DNA from: an uncultured delta proteobacterium
Lineage (GTDB): Bacteria; Desulfobacterota; Binatia; UBA9968
Reading direction: 5' to 3'
Length of the DNA: 64,000 nucleotides
NCBI GenBank assembly: GCA_963804165.1
Contig: CAWDPO010000046.1
Span: 256,001 to 320,000, forward strand
Part shown: in pieces, positions 34,649-44,573 of the stretch
Numbering within the stretch: the first letter of the stretch is position 1
How the letters are laid out: the number at the start of each line of letters is the position of its first letter
Program-made: the position numbers and the translations under genes
Notes under the pieces: model-generated
Seen by the model: only the letters and a program-made list of their open reading frames with translations
Told to the model about the DNA's origin: nothing
The model's database searches: none

Positions 34649-35616
34649 TCACTCGGTGGACCTCAGCGACTGGCTGACGAGCCGCATTCTTTGCGGACAT
34701 AAAGCGATGATGAGCCCGTCGATGAAGCCTTCGTCGTCCAATTCTTTGAGCCAGTGCAGGTTCCATAGCGCGAGCGGGTTTTCGACGGCTGCGCCGTATT
34801 CGTGCCTGGCGATCTCGTTGGTGTTCACTACGGCCTCGACGGTCGGATAGGGTTTCACACGCAGCATCTCGGCGATGGAATCCACCTGGCGGCGCAGCTC
34901 GCCGGCATCGGATACTTTCATCAAGCGCATGGGCTCTTCGGCGATGATTTGCATCGCATCCTCTCTTTTGTAAATCAGCAGAGCGAGGGCGTGGACCACA
35001 GCCTTTACGTAATCCTTCATGAGCGCGGGATTATCCCGAAGGGAAGTCGAGAAAGGCAGGCTTGCGCGAAGTTGCTGACGATTTCGGCTTCCGGCACCGC
35101 AAAGGTTTTCAATCCCGCGGCGAGTGCCGGAGGCAAATAAATCGGCGCGATAAAGCAGGCGGCGCATTCGCCTGAGACAACCTTTTTCCACTGCTGCCAG
35201 CGGCCGATCTCTTTGTCTTTGACGATGATTGTCTTGACGTCTTTCTCAAGGCCCATCTTGCGCAACCAGAGTGTGACCGTGTACGGCCGCCCGAGGTCGC
35301 GCACCGCCATGGTCTTGCCGCGAAGTTCTTCTAACGACTTGAAAGTTTGCGGCACGACGAGTTGCAGCCCGCGGTGGATCTGCGGCGCGCAGAAAAACGT
35401 CACCTTCCGGCCGTTGGCGGCCTCGGTGTGGAGATATTCGATGTGCTCGATGATGACGTCGCAGGAATTATTGAACAGCGCCGCTTCGAATTTCTCTCGG
35501 TCCTCGATCTGCACGACCTCGACGGTGACACCGTAGTGCCGTTCGGCCATCGCCTTGATGCAGTAGATGACAGGCGTGCGATCGTTGTCCCGATAGGCAA
35601 GCCTGACGGTTCTCAA
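34649..35616 (-). CDS. NitT/TauT-like binding protein without obvious signal peptide (frameshift at about 35040)
   Basis: ELRGKTMAV and KPYPT motifs across two overlapping ORFs. Confidence 0.7.
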
Positions 35617-35633
35617 GATTCACTCCTTGCTGG

Positions 35634-36359
35634 CTAGAAGGGTCCAGCGGGGAGGGCAGGCCACGAGGAGAGCAGCTTACCGTACCCGTTGATCGAGTAA
35701 CGCCGTCCGAGCTTGGAAAGTATCAACCAGAGCATGGCTGGATTGCTGGCGATGATGGGAAGATTTAGCTCGGCCTCCAGCTTCGCGAGAACCGGCAAAG
35801 GATCGAGGAGCGCGCCCTGAAAATAGATCGCGTCCACGTTCGAATACTGCGCGAGCGCGCTCCGTGTCATGGATTCCACGTCACTGGAGGTAAGCTTCTG
35901 GGCGTCGGTGACGGTGCGCAGAGTTTGCGGCGGATAATACGACTGGATGCCGAATTCGGCGAGATAGTCGTGATACATTTTCTTGAGCTGATCGTCCACC
36001 GGCGTCATCAGTAGGATTCGTTTTGCGGCGAATGCACTTTAACCCGGCCACCGAGGATCTGAAGCGCAAGCGACACGGGAACCTTCAGGGCCGCCGGAAA
36101 CCCGTTCCCACATGCCCGGGTTGAGCGCTTCCTTGGGCGCACCGCTGATGATCAGGCCGTCCCAATGGTGTTGCTCGATTAACTCCGTGACTTGCTCTAT
36201 CAGGGCATCGACCTTGCCCTGGACGTCATAGATCGAAGTTTTCGGACCGGCTTCTTGAACGATGGTGAACTCGACGTCCTTGGGGATCAGCGCCTTGAAG
36301 CTATCGTGGTGCGGGCTGGCCGGCGCGCTGGAGCCGACGAAGCCGATTTTCGTTTGCAT
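35634..36359 (-). CDS. Maleate isomerase / arylmalonate decarboxylase-like protein (frameshifted)
   Basis: KIGFV start, RILLMTP, LEAELNLPIIASNPAMLW, GYGKLL. Confidence 0.72.
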
Positions 36360-36392
36360 GAAATCTCCCATTCGGGTGTCAAACTGAACGGA

Positions 36393-36587
36393 TTACTTCG
36401 ATGTCTGCTCCGACGCCAGCGAACCGCGAATGCCCCAGTTTTCCTTTTCCGTGTCATGAAAAAGGATATTGAGCGACTCGGGCTTGATGCTCAACACGTC
36501 TTCGAAGTCTTTAGAAATTCGTTTGACCATTTCGCTTTTCTGTTCTTTGGTTCTTCCCGCGTACATGTAGATGTGGACGACTGGCAT
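36393..36587 (-). CDS. 4-oxalocrotonate tautomerase family protein
   Basis: Catalytic Pro-1 (MPVVHI), GRTKEQK, NWGIRG. Confidence 0.9.
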   Translation of the reverse strand: MPVVHIYMYAGRTKEQKSEMVKRISKDFEDVLSIKPESLNILFHDTEKENWGIRGSLASEQTSK

Positions 36588-36722
36588 AGAGACCTCCGAT
36601 GGTTTGAAAGTTGCCTTAAGCAATATGAAAGCCCGCGCAGAAAGGCAACAGTTCGTCCGCCTCAATCTCTTGACAGCGATGGGCCGTTAGTAAGAGGATA
36701 CGCTTCGAACGCTGCGGGAGGC

Positions 36723-36917
36723 ATGAACATGGAAAAAATCATTGCCGTTTGGCTGGGATTAGCAGTTTCGGAACAAACTTCCTTCCTGATCAAATCAGGA
36801 ATTTTTCTGTCGGTTTGCGGCGCGACTTTGTTTGTCGCGTTGGCGGCAAGTTATCCCGCGGTCCATGACACTCTGCACAATGTTCGCCACGCGTTAGCCG
36901 TAGTTCCTTGTCATTAG
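36723..36917 (+). CDS. cbtB: CbtB-like small membrane protein (putative cobalt uptake)
   Basis: TM helix followed by VHDTLHNVRHALAVVPCH, the CbtB C-terminal pattern. Confidence 0.8.
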   Translation: MNMEKIIAVWLGLAVSEQTSFLIKSGIFLSVCGATLFVALAASYPAVHDTLHNVRHALAVVPCH

Positions 36918-37062
36918 CAGACTGCTGAAAAACTTTGGAGTCCTTCGACGACGCTGCTCAGGACGAGCGGAGGAGTTCTGATATTCTTGTCCATTTTCCG
37001 TTCTGAGCATGTCAAAGCATGAGGCTATCGAAGCATTCCGAACCCGTTTTTAGCGGGCTGGT
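36916..37062. mobile_element. MITE-like element (GGAGTCCTTCGAC..GCTCAGGACG core)
   Basis: Imperfect TIRs CAGACTGCTGAAAAAC / GTTTTTAGCGGGCTG; core shared with 42641-42765 and 63799-63905. Confidence 0.6.
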
Positions 37063-38054
37063 AGTTTTCTGCGTCTCCATTTCTTTGCTCCAGGGCTCAG
37101 CCCTTCGAGCTGAAGGTCTCAATATTTACTTTAAGACAACGCCACGGGTCGAGTTGCTCCGCCCCTTTGCCGATCCGGTGAGCATGTCGTTGTTGATTAC
37201 CGGCGCCGACGGCCGGCCGGTGAAACAGGGCGTGGTGGACATTCGCCTGGACGCCCCTAAGCCGGGAAGAATTTTCTCGACGGATTTTCCGCTCGTCGAG
37301 GGGACGCGTTTGAGTGAAATGCGCCTATCGTTGCGCCAGGGCAAAGTCAATTGGGTCGTCCTCCTGCCAATTCGGGGCAAGTATCAACTGGCCGTTGACG
37401 CGATCACCGCCGACGGCAAAAGCGCGAGCAAGATTTTTGTTTTTACCGTCCGCGAGAACGAGAAGAAGTGGTTTATCCTCGGCGGATTTTCTCTCGGTCT
37501 GTTGTTTCTCGGCTTTGCCGCGGGGCGAATTTTTACACAAAGCAAACCGGTTTTGTCGCTATTCGTTGGTATGACGTTGTTATCCGGATCGGCGCCTTGC
37601 GCCAACGCCCAACGAATCGCGAGCGGACGTGCCGACCGCGGTTTTGGCAGCGGCGCCGGCAACCGTCGGCCAACCCAGTCTGGTGCGCTGGAGCATGAAC
37701 AGATCCAGCGAAGGCGAAACGACGACGGCGGCGCTGACTCTGGCGATCACGCACTTGGAGAAAGGTAAGATCGTTTTTGCGCTCGAGAAACTGCCCGTGC
37801 AGAGCGAATTCTCAATGAAATTTCATTTTACGGACGGCGCGGAGTATCGCATTAGGACAATTGCGGAGCTTCCCGGACGCCGGCCGATTCTCAACGAGCA
37901 GGTCCTTTCGGTCACGGGTGTCGAGCCGCCGGTCAAGGCGATGGTACCGGCGCTGTCGTATTTCATATTCGTGATTGCCTTGGGATTGGGCGTAGGGCGT
38001 TGGACGAAGCGGCGGTCGAGCGCTGAGTCATCAACTTTCCCTCCGCAGCAATAA
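37019..38054 (+). CDS. Membrane-anchored protein with two beta-rich (YtkA/FixH-like?) domains (frameshift at about 37630)
   Basis: ORFs 37019-37768 and 37629-38054 each have a beta-rich domain followed by a TM helix. Confidence 0.65.
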
Positions 38055-38088
38055 AAAGGGCGTTCGCCTTGTCGACGAACGCCCTTTT
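38053..38088. terminator. Bidirectional rho-independent terminator
   Basis: AAAAAGGGCGTTCG-loop-CGAACGCCCTTTT between convergent genes. Confidence 0.85.
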
Positions 38089-38110
38089 CGCGAGTAGCAA
38101 ATATCGCGGA

Positions 38111-38914
38111 CTAATTTTCCGACACGTCGATCAGCACGCCATCGGGATCGGCCATTTGAAACTGGCCGAAGCAGCAGGAGGCGAGGAGTTTTTGTCGTAC
38201 TTCGCGCTCCGGGTTTTTCTCCGGCCGATCTTCGCGAGTCGCGTCAAAAAGATGTGAATGCTTTTCCAAATCGGCTTTGAATGCTGACATGCTCTCGACC
38301 TTGAAGCCGATGTGGTCGAGCGCCGGCCGCTCGATGCCCGAGCCATAGAAATCAGAAATCTTCCACGGCATGACCGCCAGAGTGACTTTACCGTCCGACA
38401 GGTAACGATTGGGATCACCGGATGGTTTTTCCAGCTCGGTCAGTTCGAAGACATCGCGATAAAATTCGGCGCACTCTTCCGGCTCGACGCAGCGCAGGCC
38501 GAAGTGGCCGATACGGCGTTTGCGATCCTCAACTTTATCGGTGTAGATGTCGCGGCGGTTTTCCATGTTCGCCTGCGACAGATCGAAAACGTTGCCCATT
38601 GGGTCGTGCATGCTGATGCCGGCAAAGGGGCGGTTGCTCGGCCGATGGAGCACTTGGATTTTGGGATATTTTTCTTTTAGCCGGGAAAACACGACCTCGA
38701 CGTCCTGCACTTCGAACCCGAAGTGATCGAAGCCCGCCTGGCGGCCCGGTGCGCGCGGGTTGAGATTCAACCCCACGTAACCGTCGCCGACGACCACAGC
38801 GCCGCCTGCGCGCTGTAAGCTCGAACGACGCATGCCGAACACATCTCTATAAAAATCGCCTTCGTTATTCGCGTTGCTGGTCACGATCGCCATATGGCGC
38901 ATTTGTGCAAACAT
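38111..38914 (-). CDS. Two-domain VOC family protein
   Basis: RHMAI, GFDHFGFEV, DPMGN, LDHIGFKV, DPDG. Confidence 0.85.
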   Translation of the reverse strand: MFAQMRHMAIVTSNANNEGDFYRDVFGMRRSSLQRAGGAVVVGDGYVGLNLNPRAPGRQAGFDHFGFEVQDVEVVFSRLKEKYPKIQVLHRPSNRPFAGISMHDPMGNVFDLSQANMENRRDIYTDKVEDRKRRIGHFGLRCVEPEECAEFYRDVFELTELEKPSGDPNRYLSDGKVTLAVMPWKISDFYGSGIERPALDHIGFKVESMSAFKADLEKHSHLFDATREDRPEKNPEREVRQKLLASCCFGQFQMADPDGVLIDVSEN

Positions 38915-38988
38915 GGTCGTTCCTCCCTTAGGATGTCGAGATAACCACAAAGTAGTTGAATGTAGCGTCAGTTGTCAATGGATATTGG

Positions 38989-39049
38989 GTAGGGGTGACC
39001 CTATGTGGTCGCCCGTCCGGGAGGGCAGACACACGGGTCTGACTCCTAC
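38989..39049. repeat. GTAG-family REP doublet
   Basis: GTAGGGGTGACC..GTCGCCC..GGGCAGAC..GTCTG..CCTAC; matches 18170-18228. Confidence 0.8.
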
Positions 39050-39062
39050 ATCCTTTTGAACC

Positions 39063-40526
39063 TCAAACGTTGACGACCACGACGCCTTTAGGTTCGAGAT
39101 AGTAGTCCAGGGCTTCGGGGCCGTGCTCGCGGCCGACGCCGCTCGACTTGACGCCGCCGAAGGGCAACTCGTCGTAGCCGTAGTGGAGCGAGTTGACCCA
39201 CACGTTGCCGGCCTGGAGTTTGTCGATGGCTTTGTTGGCGTGCAATAGATTACGCGTCCAGATCGACGAGCCGAGGCCGAATTCCGAAGAATTCGCCTTT
39301 TCCAGCGCTTCGTCCAGTGTCTTGAAGGTGTAGACCGGCAGGGCTGGGCCGAAAACTTCCTCCTTGGTCATGCGCGCGTCGTCGGGCACGTTGGTCATCA
39401 AAGTCGGCAGATAGAAAAAGCCCTTGTCGAAGTCGCCGCCTTTTGGCCGCTCGCCGCCGAATAACACTTTGGCGCCGCGCGCTTTGGCGTCTTCCACTTG
39501 TTCTTCGACCTCCTGGCGCTGCGAGCCGATGTGGATCGGTCCCATGCGGGTTTCTTTGCTCATGCCGTTGCCGACGGTTTTCTTTTTGAGGATTTCGACC
39601 AGGCCGCCGACGAAGTTATCTGCAATCGATTCCTGCAGGAATAGGCGCTTCACACCGAGGCACATCTGGCCGCAATTAAAATAGCGGCCGACGTCGGCCA
39701 TCTTCACGGCGAGATCGACATTGGCATCTTCCATGACGATCATTGGATCGCTGCCGCCCAATTCCAACGTCACGCGTTTGATCTCGCGCCCGGCAACTTC
39801 CATGACGTGACGACCCACCGGTGTCGAACCGGTGAAGGCGATGCGGCGGATGCGCGGGTTGCGCAGCAGCTCCTCGCCGACGCTGCCGCCCGGTCCGGTA
39901 ACGATATTGACCGTGCCTTTGGGCAAGGTCTTTTGTGCTTTGCCTTCACCGAAGGTCGCCTGGGCGATCAGCTCGATGACTTTGATCGTTGCCAGCGGCG
40001 TCGTGCTCGCCGGTTTAATGATGATCGTGTTGCCGGCGGCCAACGCGGGGCCGAGCTTGGTGCCCATCAACGTCAGAGGAAAGTTCCAGGGCACGATGCC
40101 GCCGCAAACTCCGATCGGTTGGCGCACGACCATGCCGTAGGCGCCTTTTTGCGGCAGCGGCACGTGCGAGCCGCGCACTTTCGAGGAGAGTCCGGCGTAG
40201 AATTCCAAACCGTGAACCAGATGGTGAATTTCCAAACCGGCTTCGAACAGCGTCTTCCCTTGCTCCTGAGTGAGCAGCTGAGCGATTTCGCCGCTGTTTT
40301 TCTTGATCAATTCGCCTGCGTTCATCAGCGCATTGCCGCGGTCTTCCGGCGAGACGTCGGACCAGACTTTGAAAGCTTCCTCGGCCGCCTGAATCGCCTG
40401 TTGTACGTCCTTGTCGTTGCCCTGCGGCACGGTATCCACCGTCGCGCCCGTGGCGGGATTGCGCACTTCGGTCGTGTTTTTGGTTACCGAGTCGACGGAC
40501 TCGCCGCCGATAAACATCTTGGCCAT
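39063..40526 (-). CDS. Aldehyde dehydrogenase family protein
   Basis: PWNFP, FTGS, LELGG, GQMC, EEVFGP, PFGGVK. Confidence 0.95.
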   Translation of the reverse strand: MAKMFIGGESVDSVTKNTTEVRNPATGATVDTVPQGNDKDVQQAIQAAEEAFKVWSDVSPEDRGNALMNAGELIKKNSGEIAQLLTQEQGKTLFEAGLEIHHLVHGLEFYAGLSSKVRGSHVPLPQKGAYGMVVRQPIGVCGGIVPWNFPLTLMGTKLGPALAAGNTIIIKPASTTPLATIKVIELIAQATFGEGKAQKTLPKGTVNIVTGPGGSVGEELLRNPRIRRIAFTGSTPVGRHVMEVAGREIKRVTLELGGSDPMIVMEDANVDLAVKMADVGRYFNCGQMCLGVKRLFLQESIADNFVGGLVEILKKKTVGNGMSKETRMGPIHIGSQRQEVEEQVEDAKARGAKVLFGGERPKGGDFDKGFFYLPTLMTNVPDDARMTKEEVFGPALPVYTFKTLDEALEKANSSEFGLGSSIWTRNLLHANKAIDKLQAGNVWVNSLHYGYDELPFGGVKSSGVGREHGPEALDYYLEPKGVVVVNV

Positions 40527-40551
40527 CAGTTAACCTCCATCGAATTAAAAA

Positions 40552-40586
40552 AGTTCCAAACGTTCAAATCGTTCAAGCCGTTCCAA
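40552..40586 (+). repeat. 9-bp tandem repeat (CGTTCAAAT family)
   Basis: AGTTCCAAA CGTTCAAAT CGTTCAAGC CGTTCCAA. Confidence 0.75.
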
Positions 40587-40629
40587 TAGTAAACTCGGAT
40601 CGAAACGCAACAGTGCGGAACGGGAATGA

Positions 40630-41421
40630 TTATTTTCCCTTGAATTGTGCGGTGCGTTTTTCGAGATAGGCTTTGACGCCTTCTTGACCGTCTTCGCTGG
40701 CGAATGTTTGCGCGAGCAGTTCTCTTTCGAATGCCAGTCCATCCGGCAATGAGAGTTCGAGGCCGGTCTGAATCGCGCGCTTGACTTTGCCGACGGCGAG
40801 GCTGCTCTTGTTCGGCACGATGAACTGGCGCGCGTAGTCCATCACTTCCTGCATGAAGTTGTCTTTTTCGTAGATGTAATGAACCAAACCTATTTCGAGG
40901 GCTTCTTCGAAAGCGATCGTTTTGCCGGTGGCGCAGAGCTCCAGGGCGCGGGCTTTGCCAACCAGGCGCGGTAACCGCTGGGTGCCGCCCATGCCCGGCA
41001 TGACTCCTAGATTGATCTCGGCGAGACCGACCTTGCCGCCTTCTTTTTTGGCGATGCGGATGTCGCAGGCCATGGCGATCTCCAGACCTCCGCCGACGGC
41101 GTGGCCGTTGATCGCGGCGATGACGATCTTCGGCGTGTTTTCCAGTCGCATGAGGACTTCGTGGCCGTGCAGCGCAAAATTATTCTTAAAGCCAAGCGAC
41201 TGCTTGGAGAGCATGTTAATGTCGGCGCCAGCAGAGAAGAACTTTTCCACTTTGCCGGTGATGACGATCGCGTGGACGTTGTCGTCGAAGCGGGCGTCTA
41301 AAATCGCCGCGTCTAATTCCTTCAATAAATCGGTGGTGTAACTATTTACCGGCGGGCGATTGATTTCCACAACCGCGATGCCGTTATCGACGCGATATTC
41401 GATCATTTTTCCGTCTGCCAT
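40630..41421 (-). CDS. Enoyl-CoA hydratase/isomerase family protein
   Basis: FSAGADI, AAINGHAVGGGLE, GGTQRLPRLVG. Confidence 0.93.
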   Translation of the reverse strand: MADGKMIEYRVDNGIAVVEINRPPVNSYTTDLLKELDAAILDARFDDNVHAIVITGKVEKFFSAGADINMLSKQSLGFKNNFALHGHEVLMRLENTPKIVIAAINGHAVGGGLEIAMACDIRIAKKEGGKVGLAEINLGVMPGMGGTQRLPRLVGKARALELCATGKTIAFEEALEIGLVHYIYEKDNFMQEVMDYARQFIVPNKSSLAVGKVKRAIQTGLELSLPDGLAFERELLAQTFASEDGQEGVKAYLEKRTAQFKGK

Positions 41422-41652
41422 GATCGTTCCTCCTGATTAAGAATCCGTAATTTCAATTAGCTGGCATCCCATCGCAAGTCAAGACGACGAATTGCAACTA
41501 TCGAGTGCCGGTTTCGAGCTAACTTCGAAAGGCGGGGGGTGTTTTTCTCATAATCGGCCTGCCGCGTTCAACAATAACACGTGCGATGGAGTTTGGAATC
41601 GTTTAGGAACTATGGCATGAAGTAGCAAATTTCACCCGTGCGAGGAGGCAAG

Positions 41653-42594
41653 ATGAAAGTTAAACCCAAACGGAAACCGATCAAATGGCCCGATGGCGCG
41701 CGCATCGCGATCACGCCCTGCGTCGCTTTCGAGACCTGGCCGGTAGACCTGGGAGGTCCCAATACATTGCAACAGGAAAATCGCCGCAGCTTCCCGCGCA
41801 ATGCTGAAACCAAACGGAATTTGGCGATCATCACGGACCGCGAGTTTGGCGAACGCGTCGGTATTTACCGCATGCTTGAAGTCTTCGAATCGGAAAAAAT
41901 CCGCACGAGTTTCTTTCCCACGGGAATCACCGTGCAGAACTATCCCGGGATCTTCAAAGAAGCAGCCGAGTACGGCCACGAGATCGGCACCGAAACGTGG
42001 ATACACGATTACAGCTACATGAAGAAGCGAGCCCAGGAGAAAAAAGATCTGATAAAAACCGCCGAAGCGGTGAAGAAAGTGGTCGGCAAGGCGCCTGTCG
42101 GATACCTCTCCACGGGTGTGGCTCCCAGCGCAGCTACGCCGGAAGTGATAGTGGAGTGTGGCTACACGTACTGGATGGACCCGCAGCATCAGGAGACACC
42201 GTACACCCTCAAGGTCAAGGGAAAAGAACTCACGGTGCTGTCGTATTTTCAGGACTTGAATGACTACTCCAGTTATCAACGCGCCGGCAGAACACCGCGG
42301 GATTTGCTGCAGATGTGGAAGGATTGCTTCGATTGCCTTTACGAAGAGGGTGAAAACGATCCAAAGTTCATGATGTGGGGCAATCACCCCTTCGTCGGCG
42401 GGCGGCCGTTTCGCGCACTGCTGCTGCGCGAGTTCATTCGCTACGCGAAAAGCCACGGCAAAGTCTGGTTCGCTCCGGCGGGAGACATCGCCAAGTGGTA
42501 CCGTGAAAACTATCACGACGCGCAAGTCGAAGAATGGCCGAACTTCTCGTTTGCCGGCCGCGCGGGCAAGATCACGGACCTTTCGAAACTTTAA
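41653..42594 (+). CDS. Polysaccharide deacetylase / PuuE-like hydrolase
   Basis: WPDGARIA, FGERVGIYR, GHEIG, GNHPF..GRP. Confidence 0.85.
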   Translation: MKVKPKRKPIKWPDGARIAITPCVAFETWPVDLGGPNTLQQENRRSFPRNAETKRNLAIITDREFGERVGIYRMLEVFESEKIRTSFFPTGITVQNYPGIFKEAAEYGHEIGTETWIHDYSYMKKRAQEKKDLIKTAEAVKKVVGKAPVGYLSTGVAPSAATPEVIVECGYTYWMDPQHQETPYTLKVKGKELTVLSYFQDLNDYSSYQRAGRTPRDLLQMWKDCFDCLYEEGENDPKFMMWGNHPFVGGRPFRALLLREFIRYAKSHGKVWFAPAGDIAKWYRENYHDAQVEEWPNFSFAGRAGKITDLSKL

Positions 42595-42640
42595 AAGTGG
42601 CGACCTGATGACTTGTAGGACGCCCCGTGCGTGGTTGGGC

Positions 42641-42765
42641 ATAGCATTGGCAAGATGATGAAAGGCCTTTCGGAGTCCTTCGACTTGGCTCAGGACGAAC
42701 GGAGAGGGTTGAGATCGTTGATGATTTTTTCCGTTCATGCTGAGACTCTCGAAGCATTCGAAAGC
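42641..42765. mobile_element. MITE-like element copy
   Basis: GGAGTCCTTCGACTTGGCTCAGGACGAACGG..TTCCGTTCATGCTGAG..TCGAAGCA. Confidence 0.65.
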
Positions 42766-42785
42766 ACCTAACAGAGATCACCGCA

Positions 42786-43952
42786 TTGGCAAAGAATAAA
42801 TCCCACGAAGACGAGATTAAATCAGGGCTCGCGACGCTGCGACAATTAGGCGTAGCTCTCGACATGCCTGAACCGGATCTCGTTTCTCGGCTTAGGACCG
42901 AATTCGGAAAGTCTCGGGAGAGTGATCTCGCGGTGATCTTTTCACTCGGCAAAGTCTTCGACACGACGGCAGTCGATGCGCTCGGCGAGATCGAGCGGCA
43001 AACAACCGACAAAGACCTCAAGAAAGAAATCAAACGATCGCTCTTCAAGCTGGCGCAAAAAGGTTTGGCCGCGCCGCACGAAGAGGCGGCGGCGACGAAG
43101 CCGATATCGCTCTTCGAGCGTGAAGCCGAGATCGAAGCCTACATGTCCGCGGTGGATGGTGGCGGTGGTCGGTTGATCTGGATCGCCAAGACGCAGCCAA
43201 GCCATGGCCTGCAGGTCCTCCAGGCCATGCTTCACGATCACGAAGGACTACTGCGCTTCGGCGGCACACATATGCGGCGCAAAGAACTGCGCAAGATGGC
43301 CGATGAGATCAAGCTGCAACACGGCATCAGTATGATCTCGGTGCCATGGGAATTTGCCGATCAGATTGTTTATGAAGGTTACGAGCGCGCGAAAGCGCGA
43401 GGGCAGCGCGGATTGGAAAATTTTCACGAGATTCGCTCGATCGTCGCCACGGGCAAACCTAAAGAACAAGCCCATCCGATCTATCTGAAATTGGATGCCG
43501 AACAAGCGCGCGACGGCGCCTGGCGCGAGCTCTCGCGGCGGCTTTTGGACGAGCCCGAATTGCGCTACTGGATTTTGACAGATGAATGGTTTCAAGCCTT
43601 TTTGCCCCAGCTGCAAGAAGCGCAGACCAGCCGCCTAGTGCTCAATCCGTTGCAAAAGGAAGAGCGCTTCAACGCCATCGCGCGCGACGCCGTGAAGGTC
43701 CTTTGTGCTGGCGAAAACGGCCAGGCGTTCAAACGGCGCATGGAAGACATGACGCTGTATTTTTTCGAAACGAAGAGAGTGGAGTTAGCGAAGCTTGCTT
43801 TCGCTGTCGCTCTTCAAGTTGGTGAGGGCGATCCAGGTCCGCTGGATATTTCATTTCTCACGGGACTGGTGCAGAAGAGTTTTGCTTTTTTCATGTCGCA
43901 GGAAAAGGCGAAGCGGGAAGAAGAGCAGTCCTCGCTGATCATCAAGCCGTAG
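42786..43952 (+). CDS. Conserved-looking hypothetical protein
   Basis: 388-aa ORF with helical N-terminus, SAVDGGGGR motif and C-terminal SSLIIKP. Confidence 0.8.
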   Translation: MAKNKSHEDEIKSGLATLRQLGVALDMPEPDLVSRLRTEFGKSRESDLAVIFSLGKVFDTTAVDALGEIERQTTDKDLKKEIKRSLFKLAQKGLAAPHEEAAATKPISLFEREAEIEAYMSAVDGGGGRLIWIAKTQPSHGLQVLQAMLHDHEGLLRFGGTHMRRKELRKMADEIKLQHGISMISVPWEFADQIVYEGYERAKARGQRGLENFHEIRSIVATGKPKEQAHPIYLKLDAEQARDGAWRELSRRLLDEPELRYWILTDEWFQAFLPQLQEAQTSRLVLNPLQKEERFNAIARDAVKVLCAGENGQAFKRRMEDMTLYFFETKRVELAKLAFAVALQVGEGDPGPLDISFLTGLVQKSFAFFMSQEKAKREEEQSSLIIKP

Positions 43953-44378
43953 GACACCAATGAAGCTCGCAGGTCTTGTCGGATTGATTTTGTTATAACA
44001 GCTTGCGCCAGTTATCTCTATAACCCCGATGGCACGGTAGTTGTGTGTCTCTCCGGAGAGTATCCAGCGCAGGACTTTTCGCCGCGCCAGCGAATGAACG
44101 GTGGTTACCGAATTCATTCCCCGATTGACAGAGTCTCAGTCGTAGTGGCAGTTCATCGTTGGCCTCTCTCACGTTCCCAGCAATCTAAGCCCGGATGAAA
44201 AAAGAGATATTCGGGATTTATTCAGCAAGGCGCTTCGGAGTCTATCGATCGATCCATTCAGGGGTTAAAAGCCTAAGGTATATAAGCAAGCCGGATCGAC
44301 TGTTATCCGGTTCTCGACACGACTTATTCTTAATAAATTTATTACAGAGATGTGATGACGGAATCAAAGCCTACCAGG

Positions 44379-44562
44379 CTAGGTTCTGCTTCTCGTGCAG
44401 ATATACAGCGTGATGAGCGGATAGAGCTTCGCGGCGTTGGCCATCGCATCGATCTCGATCTCTTCGTTGTGGGCCGATGCGGGGCGCGGTGGCCGATTTT
44501 GATCTTCGGGATGCCACGCTCGTCATAGACGTTGTGGTCCAGATAGGTGCACGGTCGGAGGC
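44379..44562 (-). pseudogene. Degenerate copy of the 3' end of the M20 peptidase gene (47488-47679)
   Basis: Reads ..NEEIEIDAMANAAKLYPLITLYICTRSRT* vs NEEIEIDTMVNAAKLYALIVLDICSRVRA*, with indels. Confidence 0.85.
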
Positions 44563-44573
44563 GGGTTTGGTTT

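Noticed and set aside
36660-36722. Cobalamin riboswitch upstream of cbtB
   Set aside because: The spacer is short and lacks a recognisable B12 box
44030-44044. Sigma-54 promoter TGGCACG-GTAG-TTGT
   Set aside because: The -12 GC is replaced by GT and there is no credible downstream plus-strand gene
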